64,000 nt of DNA, from positions 1 through 64,000 of the forward strand of contig JBEWZL010000002.1 of the NCBI GenBank assembly GCA_045837725.1, in the 5' to 3' direction. Below, in pieces: positions 1-10,211 of the stretch (the stretch's first letter is position 1; the number at the start of each line of letters is the position of its first letter). The position numbers were made by a program, and so were the translations under genes. The notes beneath the pieces were generated by a model. It searched no databases and had not been told where the DNA came from. It was given only the letters and a program-made list of their open reading frames with translations. The stretch comes from Vermamoeba vermiformis. Lineage: Eukaryota.

Positions 1-3000
1 CGGTTCTTGTCTGTCAGGCCATTGTTGTCCATGAAGTCGTACAACATTGCTATTACATGTGATGAGCCTTTCTTGGTAGCTGCAGGTCCTTCTGAGTCAA
101 CAAAATTTTCAGGATAAATATATCCTGTAAAGTGGTCTGGAAGGCCTTCATCAACAATGCCAAAGAAGTAAGCGTTCATCCGGGATAGGTAGTGCACTTG
201 ATTAGGAGAACAGTGATAGCCCCAATAGGGGCTTACCAAGGTTGTTTTGAAGTCAAAACAGATTAGCCTTAATTTTCCATCTGCTGCTAATTGTCGTAGC
301 AATTCATGGCTCTTTCTTTCTTGGGTTGCATGTTCATAATGAGCAGCCCATTCTTGCTTAATCTTCTTCCACCTTTCTTTTTCAGCAAAGTATTTTTGTG
401 ATTTGGCAGATTTTTCTGTTTGGTTGTTCTTGAACTTGTGCCACTTCGTGGATTCATCGATGTAGTTCTGGCACATTTGGCACCAGGTTTTGGCAAATGC
501 ACCTGTAACAACTTCATCATTCCACTTCTTGTTGAAATGTTTGTACCATGAGCTGTAGTGTACTACACAATTGCAAAACTGCTTGTGTAAGTCTGAGGCT
601 GTCTCAAGGAAACGATAAAGGCCACTGTGATCAAAATTTTGTTGAGATTTGAATCCCTTTGAGCTGGTGTTGTACTTAATTCTTTTGTGCTCTACTGTAT
701 GGCTATCAGCTCTAATTTTTCTTTTTAATTTATCTACAGTGATGCTGTTATTGTTTTGTTTCTGGTTGCTTTCAAATTGTTTGCACGATGATATGTGGTT
801 CCATACATAGTCCCAATAGAGTTGATGGATTGATGTAAGATGGGGAGGGAGAACATATTTGTTTCCTTTGACTCCTTTTGCAGCAAATGGATTTGGCAAT
901 AGAGTCTTTTCTATGTGTTGATCAAGTTCAGCAATCTGTTCATTTGATAGCTGTTTAACTGATTGTCTCCAAGCTTCAGATTTTTCTTGACATGGTTTTT
1001 TTGGAGATGTAGCTGAGTTGATCCTGCCAGAATGCACTCCATAAACTGCCTGCCATGCTCTGGTACAGTGATTTCGAACTTTTTCAAACTTGAAGACTCC
1101 ATCCTTTTTGATACAGATATTGCGAGAAACTTTAAGTGCTAAGTACCTCTGCTTTTCTTCATTAGAACTTTGTTTCCACTGCAACTGTTCTTGCATCAGT
1201 TCATCCATGAGAGTCAACATACAGTGAGCTTTGCAGCATTTTGTTGTCCAGCAAAGTAATCCCATGCCTAGATCCGTCCGAATGTTCCCAGTTGGGAAGC
1301 AAAAATCAGATTGAAGAACAAGGGTGAAGTAGCTTTGCTTCAAGGTTGGAATTTGTTGCAAAATACAATTGGGCCAGTTGTCTATATTATCCAGCATCCA
1401 ATTAATGTGAGTCTGATAGTCTGTTTGACGCTGGCCTTCTGATACAGATATAAGTATTCGTGACAGTATTGACATGCGCAGTAAGTCTATCATCGGTAAC
1501 TGCAGTAATTTTGTTAAAATCTTTTTGTTGCAGGTTGATGTGTCAAATGCACCAAGAATGTGGGCCATAGATGTTTGTGACTTGATTGGGGAAGATACTT
1601 TTTTACTTTGTTCCTCTGGTTTGCTGCTTTCAACAGGTGAAATAATTGTTGGCTTGATTGGTTTGTTTTTTGCCATTGACTTAAGGAAAGATGTCATCTG
1701 CTTTAATGCAACTTGTTCACCTTTCTTCCATTGCATAATTATGGAGCAGAACCATTTCCTTAGATAAGCTGTGTCAGCTTCTGTCCACTTGAATCTGTCC
1801 TTCTCATCAACATATGCAAAGTCCATTGCTGCTCGTAATAGAATTGGTGCACACTCAGTCCCAGATAGTTGAGCAGGAAAATTTGTCGACAATCTATATG
1901 TCCAAGTTCCAAAATCAATCCTTTTCCTTGCATGGTTTATATCAACATAGTACTCCTTCAGAAACTTGACAGCAAAATCTTTGTACTTGGGTTCATCAAA
2001 GAAACTAAATAAATTAGTAAAGAAAGTTGAGTGGTTAAACAAAGTACCTTTTTCCATCATAAAGAACTATACTGTTCGTGGTAAAGTTGAATTCAAGCAA
2101 TTGCCAGTGCTGTCCATGATAGTTGACAGGAAAGAAGATTTGATTTGCAGTGCACATCATGTCCTTGTCAAGCTTGTTCTTCATATAATTGAAATTTGGG
2201 TCTCGCCATTGAAGTACACCCAAAAACTTTGTTTCCATAAAGTACACTGGTCTTGACATCACTGAGTTGATATGGCACAGAAATGTATCAATAACAACTC
2301 CATCAACAAATTTCCCCACTTGAGCAAAGTCCAATAAATGATCTTTAAATATATAATCACTTCTGAACCGAGATAGTGTGTTTTTAAAGTAGCCATCATT
2401 GTCTGGCAATTGTTGCAATTCTTCAATATTAAACTTGATATGCTGTTCATTTTGAGGTTTGCAGGTGCAAATATAACTTGTTTCCCAGGGGCATTGCTGT
2501 TTTTGAATTGGACTTTGATCTTTCTCAGCTTCTTTTGGAATTGGGTCAGCTTCTGGAATTGCGTCAACTTTGTTGGGGAAAACTCTTTCTGGGCCAATCC
2601 TTCTTATTTTATCAATCTGCTGAATAGGAATATCAAGCAAATTGCATTCAAATAGCTCACTCAAATCCTGGGCTTCATTTAAGTTTGTTGGTTCATAATC
2701 TTCATTATTGTAGACTTCTTGCAATTTTAACAAAACAGCAGGCTTTCTTTCCTGAATTGAGAAGTCGTAATCAACCCATAGTTGTTGAACTTTTTGGCTG
2801 CCCAGCAATATTGCAGCTCTTTGTTTTGCCAATTGAATTTGGTGAACTAATTGGCCTTCAATTCCATTGGAATAGAGCTGAACAAACTGATTCCACATTG
2901 TTTGGTCCTCTGCAGACAAGTTGGTTCCATCATACTTTGAGTTGTTTCCTTTGCTCCTTTCATGTTGGAACCAATTTTGAATTCTTCTAACTGGCCAAGT

Positions 3001-3649
3001 GCCTCCCAACACAGATGATAACAGTTCACAGTCAAAGATGGTTGGATGGGATATTTTCTTGAAGAAATTGTTTAGCAAAAACCATTCCTTCTTTGAAATA
3101 TAATCCCCTTGATTACATTAGTAAAACTTTAAAGTCTGGCAATTGGTTTGCTTACTGGGACGTCTGACTGGCAAAGCTTTGGAATTAAATGACTTGAAGC
3201 CTGGATCATCGATCTTCTTTGTTAAAAATTCAGACATTGATTGCATTCTTGAAGAATGTTCAGAAGCATTGTCCTCCTCCTCAGCAATGTGGCTTTCAAC
3301 TTCCATGTTAAACTCTAATAAGATTAGAAGTTGAATGTATCTCAGGAAGCCATACCCTTTGTTGGAATAACAGGAAGCTGTAAGTCTTTCAAGCTGACAT
3401 GTTCAACACCAGTAAGGGTAGGAAGAGCAAAGCTCGTCTCTGTTGATGTCTGCAGTTCACTTTGTGCTGAATCACTAACAACTAGCTGCATTTTATCCAA
3501 GGTGCTGCTTTGTTGCAATAGCTGCTCATACCAATCATATCCTACAATTTAACTTGTTAGTCACTATTGGACATGATAATAAACATCATGATTGATCTCC
3601 ACCTTTTTGGCTTGCATTTTGAATAACTATATCTTGTTTTATTTCAATC
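1..3649 (-). mobile_element. Putative Sola-like DNA transposon gene: homeodomain + Ulp1/C48 cysteine protease + DDD-type transposase (C-terminus runs off the left edge)
   Basis: Manual translation shows that 1..2004 (-) has no stop: ...HCTRAWQAVYGV...YVLPPHLTSIHQLYWDY...WCQMC...WAAHYEHATQER...LICFDFKTTLVSP...HYLSRMNAYFFGIVDEG...YIYPE...KKGSSHVIAMLYDF, the motif order I recognise from Sola-type transposases. A 43-nt intron (2005..2047) joins it to exon 2048..~3108, which has Ulp1 motifs (IFFPVNYHGQHWQLL, LYDG; AQLSGTEC in the next exon) and a homeodomain-like segment (RRPRDYISKKEWFLLNNFF...HP...RRIQNWFQHERSK). Further in-frame exons reach ~3649; the start codon and TIRs were not located. Confidence 0.8.
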
Positions 3650-3686
3650 TGATAAAAGTAAATTAGCAGCTACACAGTAACATTAA

Positions 3687-5280
3687 TTAATTGTTGTTGT
3701 TATTATTGTTGTTTTGTTGCTGATTAGTATTGGGTTGTGATGAAGTTGGAGCAGTCTCGCGTTCGCGATTTTTCTTTGGGGGGAGAGCTGGAGTATTTTT
3801 TTTGTGGTCCTCGTACAACCCAATTACAGTTTTCATGTACGAAATTGACATGTTGGTATGTTCCTTTGTTGCAATTGATTCAGCAAACTGTTGGGTCTCT
3901 ACTTGCTTTGCAGCAACATCAAGCACCTGATAATATGTCAGTATTAGAATACTCTAATCTGACAATACCATTTTCTTAAGTCCAACTGCAAAGGTGTTTG
4001 TCATACGAATATCATCTTTAGTGCTGTTCGCTATCGAGACTGCATGATCAGCCGTCTTTGTGACACCTTTAATTTTAGCGTCTTGGATTTTAACATTCTC
4101 CTCCATGAGCGCAATTGCCTGCTCAAGCTAACGGATGGATTAGTAATGCAGCAAATCTACAATCCATTTACGTACACTTTCAATTCGACTCTCTTCATAG
4201 GTCTCAACTGAGGGCACTATGCCTTTCCAATGACCAGTTGCTTGCAATAAAACCTTTGGACCCAGAATAAACTTCTCGCCTGTCAATTCAAGAGGCTTTA
4301 CATTAGGCCATTCATCATTGATTCCACCCTCAAGTGCAAATTGTCGGACATAAGGCCAAACGGAAGCAAGTGCAAATTGGAAATCCCATTTTGGCTTGTC
4401 CACCACATCAGGTGCAAAATACGACATATTGATGGCAGTTCGAATCGCCCAGCTATTCATGGCTCGTTTGTTTGATGCGTGTGCGTAGCCGGCCATGCGC
4501 AGCAAATACACAACAAATGGACTACAAACAAATATTAGATAATTGAAATTACAAAAATCTACATACCCTACTCTTTTCTCCAGCCGTTTTAACTGCTCCA
4601 ACTCCGAGGTCAAGTACTTGATTCGTACCTCATCGCGCTTGTCATTCTGTGTACCAACAATTGTTAGTACACTATTTATTAAAAATGCATATCTTATACA
4701 AGAAAAAACTCCATCACGGAGTGCAATTATATATCTCCATCACGAAGAATCTAATTCAATAAAATCCTCATCGCGAGAATAAGCAATTCCCCATCACGGA
4801 GATGACGCGCAAAGCGCTCCTCATCACGAGGAACTGCGACACATGCTGATAGTGTCTCTCCATCACGGAGACCATGAACAAATGATGGACATAATTGATT
4901 GAACGTTGTTGAATTCTCCATCACGGAGATGACGCGCAAAGCGCTCCTCATCACGAGGAAATTGCCAAAGGCTCCCCATCACGAGGAACTTAAACAATAT
5001 GACTATCTGCTAAAATACACTTACGCGGTTGTTTTTCTTTTGAACATCTAATAATAGAGTGGATCAGTGACTCTGAACATGAATTCATTGATTAAAGACT
5101 TACTATCAAACTTCTTATTGCTTTTTCCTGCAAAACAATAGTATTAGTAATGTACGATGAGTGCGATTGCAAGCAGTGCTCTTTGAGCTGCTGCGGCTAT
5201 GTTAGTAATTGACGGACAGCTTTGCCGTTCGCACCAATTGCTCAGACTGGCAAGCTTAACCTTCCCACCAAACGGGAAGC
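3687..5280 (-). CDS. Multi-exon hypothetical protein directly upstream of the transposase gene (probable element ORF1), ending in poly-Q/N
   Basis: ORFs 4140..4613 and 3687..3926 join in frame through ~42-nt GT-AG introns (ESVR|LEQAIALMEE...KKM|VLDVAAKQ). Small upstream exons (5025-5047, 5104-5128, ~5155-5196, ~5235-5280) splice in frame across a 378-nt intron at 4647..5024. The 5' end is uncertain and no family was recognised. Confidence 0.5.
4709..4990. repeat. Array of ~9 copies of a CATC(A/G)CG-core motif (consensus CTCCATCACGGAG / CCTCATCACGAGG)
   Basis: Copies start near 4709, 4735, 4766, 4790, 4818, 4858, 4916, 4946 and 4974. A ~45-bp block (ccatcacggagatgacgcgcaaagcgctcctcatcacgaggaa) occurs at both ~4791 and ~4918. 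Confidence 0.85.
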
Positions 5281-5888
5281 TATTCCGTCAATTACTAAAG
5301 TAATCAGAGAGGGCAAAAGTACCCCTCCGACCCACGGCGCTGCCGCCGATCTGCTAGCAGACAGTAATTTGCAAAAAAAAATCAGAAAAATGAGTTTTGC
5401 AGCAAAACAGTGATAAATAAATTATTCTAACTTATATTAAGCAGTGGATTAATTATTGGTGGTGTTTTTAATTTTCACATCCAGATGTGAATTCGAGTGA
5501 ACTTACGGGGTTTATGAAATGGGCTATTCTTCTCCATTTTTCAATATCAATGCCCTATTGTATCTACAAACACAATAACCTGTGTGTATCCCAACAATTC
5601 AATAAATTAACTAATGACAAATTTTGGCAATGTCTCGATTAACTACCAACCCAACCCAAACAGTCATATATGATCATATCAATGGTTAAACTGTATTTAT
5701 TAACTATATACAGGCTCCGTTGGAGTTTTAGCGTAAAACGTCTTATACATAAAAGGTAAAACATTAAAATTGGTCATTATTAATTAGCGACTGAATCGCG
5801 ACCCACGATTCATCACACGAGGAAAATCATCATTACTTTTCAATAACATGTGATATCTTTACTATTGCGGTGTAAGCTCTGTTACAAA

Positions 5889-7533
5889 TTACAAGCTATT
5901 GACCAATAGCAAGACGATTAGTTGAACTCCCCAAGCAAGAGTGAGACGGGATTCGCTTGAGGAAGTCGAGGGGTGGGATTGTGGACCAGAACTAGATGAC
6001 GAAGGTGATGTAGATGGGGTTGAGGGAGTGCCTCCGTTGAGCGGAGAATCAGAGCCCTGCGGCACTGTGCCACCACTCGCAATTACGTCCCAGTACTGCG
6101 GTAGTTGAATCATGTAAGCCTCGCGAAAACCAGCGGTCGATTGGTTCCAGTTGCACGTCCACCAGACTTGCGTGCCGTCCATGGACAGCGCGGCTTGCGC
6201 TTCGTTTCGATAGGCTTCGTCGCCGGGGTACGTCATGTAAGTAGGACTGACTCGGAGAATTCCCGGGTTAGCTTTCAGCTCAACGAAAATCATTTGATGA
6301 TCGCCCCAATTATGCACTACCGATCCTTGACTTCCATAAAAGCCAACAAATGCCCATCCGCGTTTCTCGTAGAACTTTCCAATGTGCAAGCCAGTGCCAC
6401 TCGAGTAGTTGTTATCCCAATCAGTGTTTTGCAATAGTTGAATCTTGTTGCCAGTATTGACGTCCACCGCTTCAATCCAATCGTTTCTGTTGTTCTGGCT
6501 GACAAAGTACTCTTCTTGATCGAGTCCGAAGGCCCAGCCGCTGTGCGTGGCGTCAACAGCTATTTTGACAGGCACGTTCGGGCCAGACTTGTACTCTTGC
6601 AAGTTCAACGGCCAAGCGTGAGGCCCGTCGAGCACCGTGTTAGCGTCGGCCAACCTATTTCCGTCGTAGCAGCGGTCGAAGTGAACGATGGCTTTGGAGC
6701 CCAAAGGCGATATTTCCACCATGTTAGGACGTGGGAGGTAGCCCAATGACGCGTAATCTGTACCAATAGCCCCCAAGCCTGAATAATTGTAACCAATAGG
6801 AAAGTTGGCCGGTGTGAGAGTGCCGAGAATGGTGTCGTTGGCTTTGTCGTACGTCAAAATGGCACGTGTCTTGTAAGGTCCGCTGAGCTCGATGGACAAA
6901 ATTTGCCAAGCCCAGTAACGGCTGTCAATCGAAGAATCGCCTTCCACGTCGTTAACGAGCATTGCGCCGTTCGGGAACGGGCCAGTGAAAGTGCTTGAAA
7001 AGTCGCGGAGCAATGTGTTCGTGCCAGTCACAACGTCCATTTGATAGAACGCCAAGCCCCTAGTGTAGTAGACACGATTAGGGTAGTTGCCGGTATAGTC
7101 CCAACGAATTTCGTTCAATTCGCCAATGCTCCTGCCATCTGGTTGCAACTGTCGAACAACGGAGAGATCGGACGTCTTGATAACCCACGAGCTGGTAGAA
7201 TCTCCATTATGGATGAGAGCGAGTGTTTTGTCGCTATTTACTGGCGTGTAGCGGCTATAAACGATGAGCGAATCCGAAGCACCAACGTCGTTTCGATCGG
7301 TCATTCGTTTCAGGACAGCTCCAGTGCTTGGATCCGTTCTTGATTCTCCTTTAGTGGGAACGGATGCTCCAAAATTAGGCTGAAAAATGCCGCGAGTAGT
7401 GTTGTAATTCCATTGGGCTTGGATCTAAATCAAATAGAGGTCGTTTATATTTTTGCTTTTGTTTGGAAATATGATAGGTATTTACCTGAACGACCAAGAA
7501 TGCCACAAACACAAGCAATGCTAATTTGACCAT
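5889..7533 (-). CDS. Secreted, probably GPI-anchored beta-propeller-like protein
   Basis: Signal peptide MVKLALLVFVAFLVVQ|IQAQ (ATG 7533, intron 7426..7485), then one long exon containing the 471-aa ORF. It is beta-strand rich, followed by a Ser/Pro/Thr linker and a hydrophobic C-terminus (LAWGVQLIVLLLVNSL). Confidence 0.8.
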
Positions 7534-8133
7534 TTGTGCAATAATGTAGTAAAAACAAAAAAGAATAAAAATCGAAGCTTTTTAACACCCAAAAGAAAGC
7601 GGGTCAGAGGACCGGACTGAGCAAAAGTCCTGTATAAACAATTATAAATTCTCTCACAATATCTTTACTATTTAAGGCAAAGATTTACCTGCCTGACGTA
7701 TGCATTTCAATCATGATTTTTTTCTAACTAAGGATGCCGAGGTTGGGAAATCAGAGGACTGAAGGTTGTGAACAATGAATTAAGCATTATGGTAATTTTG
7801 ATTATGAGCCTAAAAGATGAAGGGGTACCTTTAACTCTCCTAATACGTTGTCGAGATCGTGGTGCGGGAATCTTATTGGATCTACGTTTGTGTTCTGCAA
7901 CAACGGTATTGGCGATGTTTTGAGCATGCAAACCAATAGCGTAAAACAACCAGAAAACCTACCGAAATTTAACTTCCAACGCGCCAAAAAGATTGCCTCC
8001 GAAAATTATCAATTCCAATCACTTACTTAGTATTTAATACACCACTGCGTAAGTAATTGACTCAATTTATGATTTGACGCGATTCAAAATTACTGACGAG
8101 ACTTTTCTCTAAAGACGTGTCTTTTCAATTAAG

Positions 8134-10038
8134 ATGAGCAAAGTTTACTCACTCGCCGAAGTCGCCGCGCACAATACCGCTGAAGACTGCTGGATCATCG
8201 TGCACGGTAAAGTCTACGACGTTACCAAGTTCTTGAACGAGCATCCAGGTAAGGGAAAAGATCGAATCCCGTTCACAAAATTGATTGAACATTTTTCTTT
8301 ATAATTAAAGATAATTCTAATCGCTTCTAAACCATAATTTCCTCTCATTTTACTTTCGATCTCATTTCAGCTCGGGAAAATTACTAAATTTAAATTTCGC
8401 TCAAAATTAGGTGGCCGCAAAGTCCTCGTCAACGTCGCTGGTAAAGAAGCTAGCAAGCAGTTTGATCAATTCCACAATGCCGATATTTTGGAAAAATACG
8501 GTCCCAATTTGCAAGTAGGCGTTGTCGGCGACGAGAATACTCCTCCTGTCACTGAAAAACCCAAGCGACAACCCATGCAATTGCCCATGATGCACAATAC
8601 CTTTGGTGAATTAGTGCCTATGGGTGATCCCACTTGGTATCAAGCTTGGAACTCTCCGTTCTTCACTGAAAGCCACATCAAGTTCCGTGCCGCCATTCGC
8701 GCGTTTGTCGAGAAGGAATTGATGCCTTACTGTCACGAATGGGATGAAGCTAAGAGATTGCCCAAGGACCTTGCAAGACGATGCTACGAAGCTGGTAAGA
8801 TCCGGTTAAAATGTTCGCTGAAAATTTATCTTTAATTATTCTCGTAGGTTGGTTGCCCGCTGTCGCTGGTCTCCCTTGGTCTACTGAATACGCTGGTACA
8901 AATATTATTGGCGGCGTTAAGCCTGAAGAATTTGACGTTTTCCACGAGCTGATCTTGGTAGACGAAGTTTCTCGTTGCGGTTCTGGAGGTATAGATCTCA
9001 TTAGTAAGGATTACAATTAATAATCAATCGAATGATAGGTGTCGTGTGGGCTTTGTTCGGTGGTTTGGGCATTGGTATGCCTCCTGTAACCAAGTTTGGC
9101 TCAAAATACTTGCGCGACAAGACTCAAAAGTGTTTGACCGGCGAACAAGTCATTTGTTTGGCTATCACTGAGCCTTACGCTGGCAGTGATGTCGCCAACA
9201 TCAAGACCGAAGCTAAAAAGACTCCTGATGGCAAGCATTACATCGTCAACGGAGAGAAGAAATGGATCACCAACGGTAAGCAACAAACAATGTAATACCA
9301 CCTTCTGAAAAGCGCCATCTAATCGCAATAGGTGTGTTTGCTGATTTCTTCACTGTCGCCGTTCGTACCGGTGGTCCTGGCATGGAAGGTATCTCGTTGT
9401 TGTTGATCGAGAAGACTATGCCCGGTGTTTCCACCCGTCAAATGAACTGCACTGGTGTCTGGCCCTCCGGTACCACTTACATCACTTTCGATGACGTCAA
9501 GGTGCCCGTCGAGAACTTGATCGGCAAAGAGAACCGTGGCTTTAAATATATAATGGCAAATTTCAACCATGAACGTTGGGGTATTGTCGTTCAAGCCACT
9601 CGTTTCGCTCGTACCTGCTACGAAGAAGCGTTCAAATACGCGCACAAGAGAAAGGCTTTCGGCAAGCGCTTGATTGACCAGCCTGTCATTCGTAACAAGT
9701 TGGCGCACATGTCACGACACATCGAAGCCACCTACGCTTGGTTGGAAATGTTGACTTATCAAATGAAGACCATGTCGTACGAAGAGGCCTCGATCAAGTT
9801 GGGTGGACCTACCGCTTTGTTGAAGGCCCAAGCCACCCAAACCTTCGAGTTGTGCGCTCGTGAGGCTTCTCAAATCTTCGGTGGTCTGGCTTACACTCGT
9901 GGAGGTCAAGGTGAAAAGGTCGAGCGTCTCAGCAGAGAAGTTCGTGCTTACTCCATTCCGGGTGGATCGGAGGAAATTATGTTGGACCTCGGTATGCGCC
10001 AAGCCATGAAATTCTACGAGCTTTCGTCAAAAATGTAA
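8134..10038 (+). CDS. Cytochrome b5 domain-acyl-CoA dehydrogenase fusion
   Basis: N-terminus [40 protein letters not shown] (b5 HPGG motif); ACAD motifs [48 protein letters not shown]; four introns. Confidence 0.95.
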
Positions 10039-10211
10039 GATTTAAGCGTCAAATAATGTATTTATGAATGTACTGTCGTTAATGTAATAAATAACCCAAT
10101 ATGGATTATCGCCCAATCAGCGAGCTCTTATTTTGGAGCAGTGACATTCGTCTAACGGTCTGTTTTGAAGTTTTATTCAATAACGAACGAGTCCAACAAA
10201 GTGCAATACAA

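Noticed and set aside
287-1767. ORF-track ORFs 287..520, 911..1102 and 1474..1767
   Set aside because: Off-frame or antisense shadows of the long transposase frame 1..2004.
4709-4990. Possible CRISPR array
   Set aside because: Repeats are only ~13 bp and variable, spacers are short and irregular, there are no cas genes, and the context is a eukaryotic intron.
5290-5880. Terminal inverted repeat / right end of the transposon
   Set aside because: The partner end is outside the window, so no TIR or TSD can be supported.
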